Source: Saccostrea echinata (lineage: Eukaryota). From it: a DNA stretch of 64,000 nucleotides. The DNA lies in contig NW_026889755.1 of assembly GCF_033153115.1 (NCBI RefSeq), forward strand, positions 2,914,001 to 2,978,000, written 5' to 3'. Shown here piece by piece: positions 61,529 through 64,000 of this stretch (position 1 is its first letter; each line of letters starts with the position of its first letter). The translations under genes and the position numbers were made by a program. The notes beneath the pieces were generated by a model. The model had not been told where the DNA came from. It saw only the letters and a program-made list of their open reading frames with translations, and ran no database searches.

Positions 61529-62177
61529 TGTCACCGGGTCTTTTGTAGGATAAAAATCCAAAACTGGATTCGGCACAAACTATATTTATTTACTGTGCTT
61601 AGAACAAAAAACCTACAAAGTATAAATTAAACACACTCTCACAACACAATACACACACAAAACGAATACTTTACGTTTAACATCAGACATTAACAACACA
61701 TAAATTATATGATTGTTTGCTGTCGGGATTAATTAATAAAAGTAAATTATAAAATACTTTTATTATTATAATTATAATAAAGGTAAACAGAAAGCTTACC
61801 AGGAATCCAGTTAAATTAACTCCAACTAATACTTTACAGAATACTTCTATGTTTCAAATACATGTACAAACTTCTACCGTAAAGGCAAAACGCGTGGGGG
61901 GGGGGGGGTTCGAAAATTGGCGGGTACTACGCTTATATACTCGGTGCAGAAATTAAAACATGCATATTAACAAGATAAAAACAGTCGGTTATTGGTCAGC
62001 TGTAAGGTCATATTAGTTCGCCTAACCGGAAACACGTGGAAATACAAAAATAAACAATGTCACATGATCTCCCAAAACATTCACACTAGACACACAACAC
62101 AAACAAACGCAGCGAACGCATTCGATTGGCAATGCGCGCCAATTTTATGTATAAATTAAAACACAACATCTGTGACA
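61529..62177 (-). repeat. 5' LTR of element 3
   Basis: Direct repeat of 53103-53727, flanked by the ATAA TSD. Confidence 0.95.
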
Positions 62178-62689
62178 ATAATGAGAAAATTATACACTGT
62201 ATTAATATTTGTTCTTTCTTCCTCCTTTACCAGTTTTGAACCCATAATAAGCCAAGTGCAAAAAGCCTCAACAGGCAATGCACGAGGATTTAAAAATTGG
62301 TACTAGCAGTGAAGTGTCTGTTGTGGCTTCTTGTACTTGGTTCTTATGGGTTCCAGGCTGGCAGATACTCATTTGAGACTTTGCCACAGATACATGAATA
62401 TATTCGTATGAAAACCTTACTTAATTTATAACAAAACGTTGGTCTTTTTACTTTAAAATTCTACTTCTTTCCTGCTCTTTATTTTATAAATAGGTAAAAA
62501 CATGTGTGTTCATGTATCAGTTTATTGTTTTAAATGTTTAAAATTCATTTAGCGGCATATTTTGCAGTTAAATTCATATCTTTATGTTCCAAAAAACTAC
62601 TCCTTCCATGGAAAGAAAATAAGGAAATTGATGTCAGTTAGTAGTTATATGCAATTTTATTCGCCCAAAGAAGAACATAGAAATATTAT

Positions 62690-63290
62690 TAGTATACCCT
62701 TGCAACACGTTGCGTGAGGTATAATGTTTTTGACCCGTCTATCATCAGTCAGTCAGTGTGTCAGTCAGTCAGTCCGTCAGTCCTGGGTTGTTTTTTTTTT
62801 TTTGTCAGTGCAACTCCTCATAAACTGCTGCACAAATTTCATTAAACTTTGCAGATATTTAGCACACAATGTGTAGATGTGCATATTACCAGGAAATTCC
62901 GATTCCTTTATTTTTTCTCGGAATTTCGGCACTTTTCAACTTAGATTTTTTGCCATATCTTGAATATAGAGATGAACAGTTTGTTAGCGCAACTCCTCAT
63001 AAACCGCATCACAGAATTTTGTCATACTTTGCAGATATTTAGCACACAATGTGTAGATCTGCATATTTCCAGGAAATTCCGATTCCTTTATTTTTTTCTG
63101 GGAATTTCGGCACTTTTGAACTTAGATTTTGGCCATATCTTGAATAAAGAGATGAACAGTTTGTAAGCGCAACTCCTCTTAAACCGCTGCACAGAATTTG
63201 GTCAAACTTTGCAGATACATGTTTTTAGGACACAATGTGTAGATGTGCATATCACCAGGAAATTCTGATTCCATTATTTCTCTTGGAATT
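62690..63290 (+). mobile_element. 3'-truncated HINE with ~179-bp units
   Basis: 5' palindrome TATACCC.TGCAAC..GTTGCG.GAGGTATA and (CAGT)n. CAACTCCTC at ~62811, ~62990 and ~63169. Confidence 0.8.
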
Positions 63291-63602
63291 TTTTGTTATA
63301 AACAAATTCATATGACTCAAACCCGAAACAATTTTTTAAAAAAAAGTGACTCTTTTGATATTAGTGAACTCGTCACCAAAAGATCGTTTGTCAAACCCTG
63401 GACAATTTAAAAAATAGTGACTCTTTTGAAATTAGTTGTAAATTATGTCTACTGATTTATACCTCCTAATTGAAGGTAAGATGTCCTGAAAAAGTCACTC
63501 AAAATCAACATCATTTTGAAGATTATGAAAAGATAACCAGATCATGCATGGAGTCCATGATTCACTAAATCTTATTGTTTTCCATGGACAGGTGATGATT
63601 AA

Positions 63603-63831
63603 TTGATTGATTGTATGTTGTTTTACCTCCCATTCGAGAATTTTTCACTCATTTAAAGACGTCACCATATGCCGGTGAAGGGCTTCAACTTTCACTTCAA
63701 AGTGCCGAGCGCATGGCGAAAAACAGTTGCTACCTATTTTTTATCGACTTAGGTCAGTCCGAGTCGTGATTCGAACACACGACCTTGTGATCAAGGAGCG
63801 ATCGCTCTACCGACTGAGCTACCGTTACGGC
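63603..63831 (-). mobile_element. tRNA-derived SINE, internally deleted copy of the 9523 family
   Basis: The minus strand reads GGTAGCTCAGTCGGTAGAGCG...GTTCGAATCAC...GAAGTGAAAGTT|GAAGCCCTTCACCGG...(CAAT)n. Confidence 0.85.
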
Positions 63832-64000
63832 GACACGTAATGAAAAGGTCCTCACATACATTGTATTCCCATAACTTAGGGGAATGCACTCTGATACAAT
63901 GCAGGATGTATTGAACTGATTTATTCAAATCTCTCTCCTCTTTTAGAGCTAAAAAATACTTTTCATACAATCGTGTTACGAAGGACTAGCGTAATGAACG

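Larger units (their letters stand above)
53103..62177 (-). mobile_element. Ty3/Gypsy LTR retrotransposon 3, full length, decayed
   Basis: LTRs TGTCAC...GTGACA at 53103-53727 and 61529-62177, 4-bp TSD ATAA, PPT AAGCAGGGGAGAA and tRNA-Lys PBS. Confidence 0.97.

Overview
AT-rich eukaryotic DNA, not prokaryotic. The repeat families (Helentron-associated elements carrying ~150-180 bp satellites, tRNA-derived SINEs with (CAAT)n tails) look like those of an oyster or other bivalve; this is an inference. One host gene is recoverable: a spliced type II membrane protein with a C-terminal IgGFc-binding (FCGBP N-terminal) domain, spanning ~4.6-22.1 kb with TE-filled introns. The rest is a dense, nested transposon cluster with three Ty3/Gypsy LTR retrotransposons. 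(1) 25761-34994 (+): full length and decayed, with an extra C2H2 zinc-finger ORF after pol. (2) ~44106-52600 (+): nearly intact, with gag-UAG-pol, a chromodomain-like integrase tail and an F-type env; its 3' end is lost. (3) 53103-62177 (-): full length and decayed, with a PNMA-like gag. Many non-autonomous DNA transposons, HINEs and SINEs surround them. The strongest candidate for an undescribed system is in the LTR of element 2. A perfect 77-bp duplication of the putative first exon brackets an 848-nt GT-AG intron, which could let an LTR intron survive reverse transcription and switch poly(A) use between LTRs. The same element has a gammaretrovirus-like UAG readthrough signal. All coordinates were read by eye and no database searches were run.
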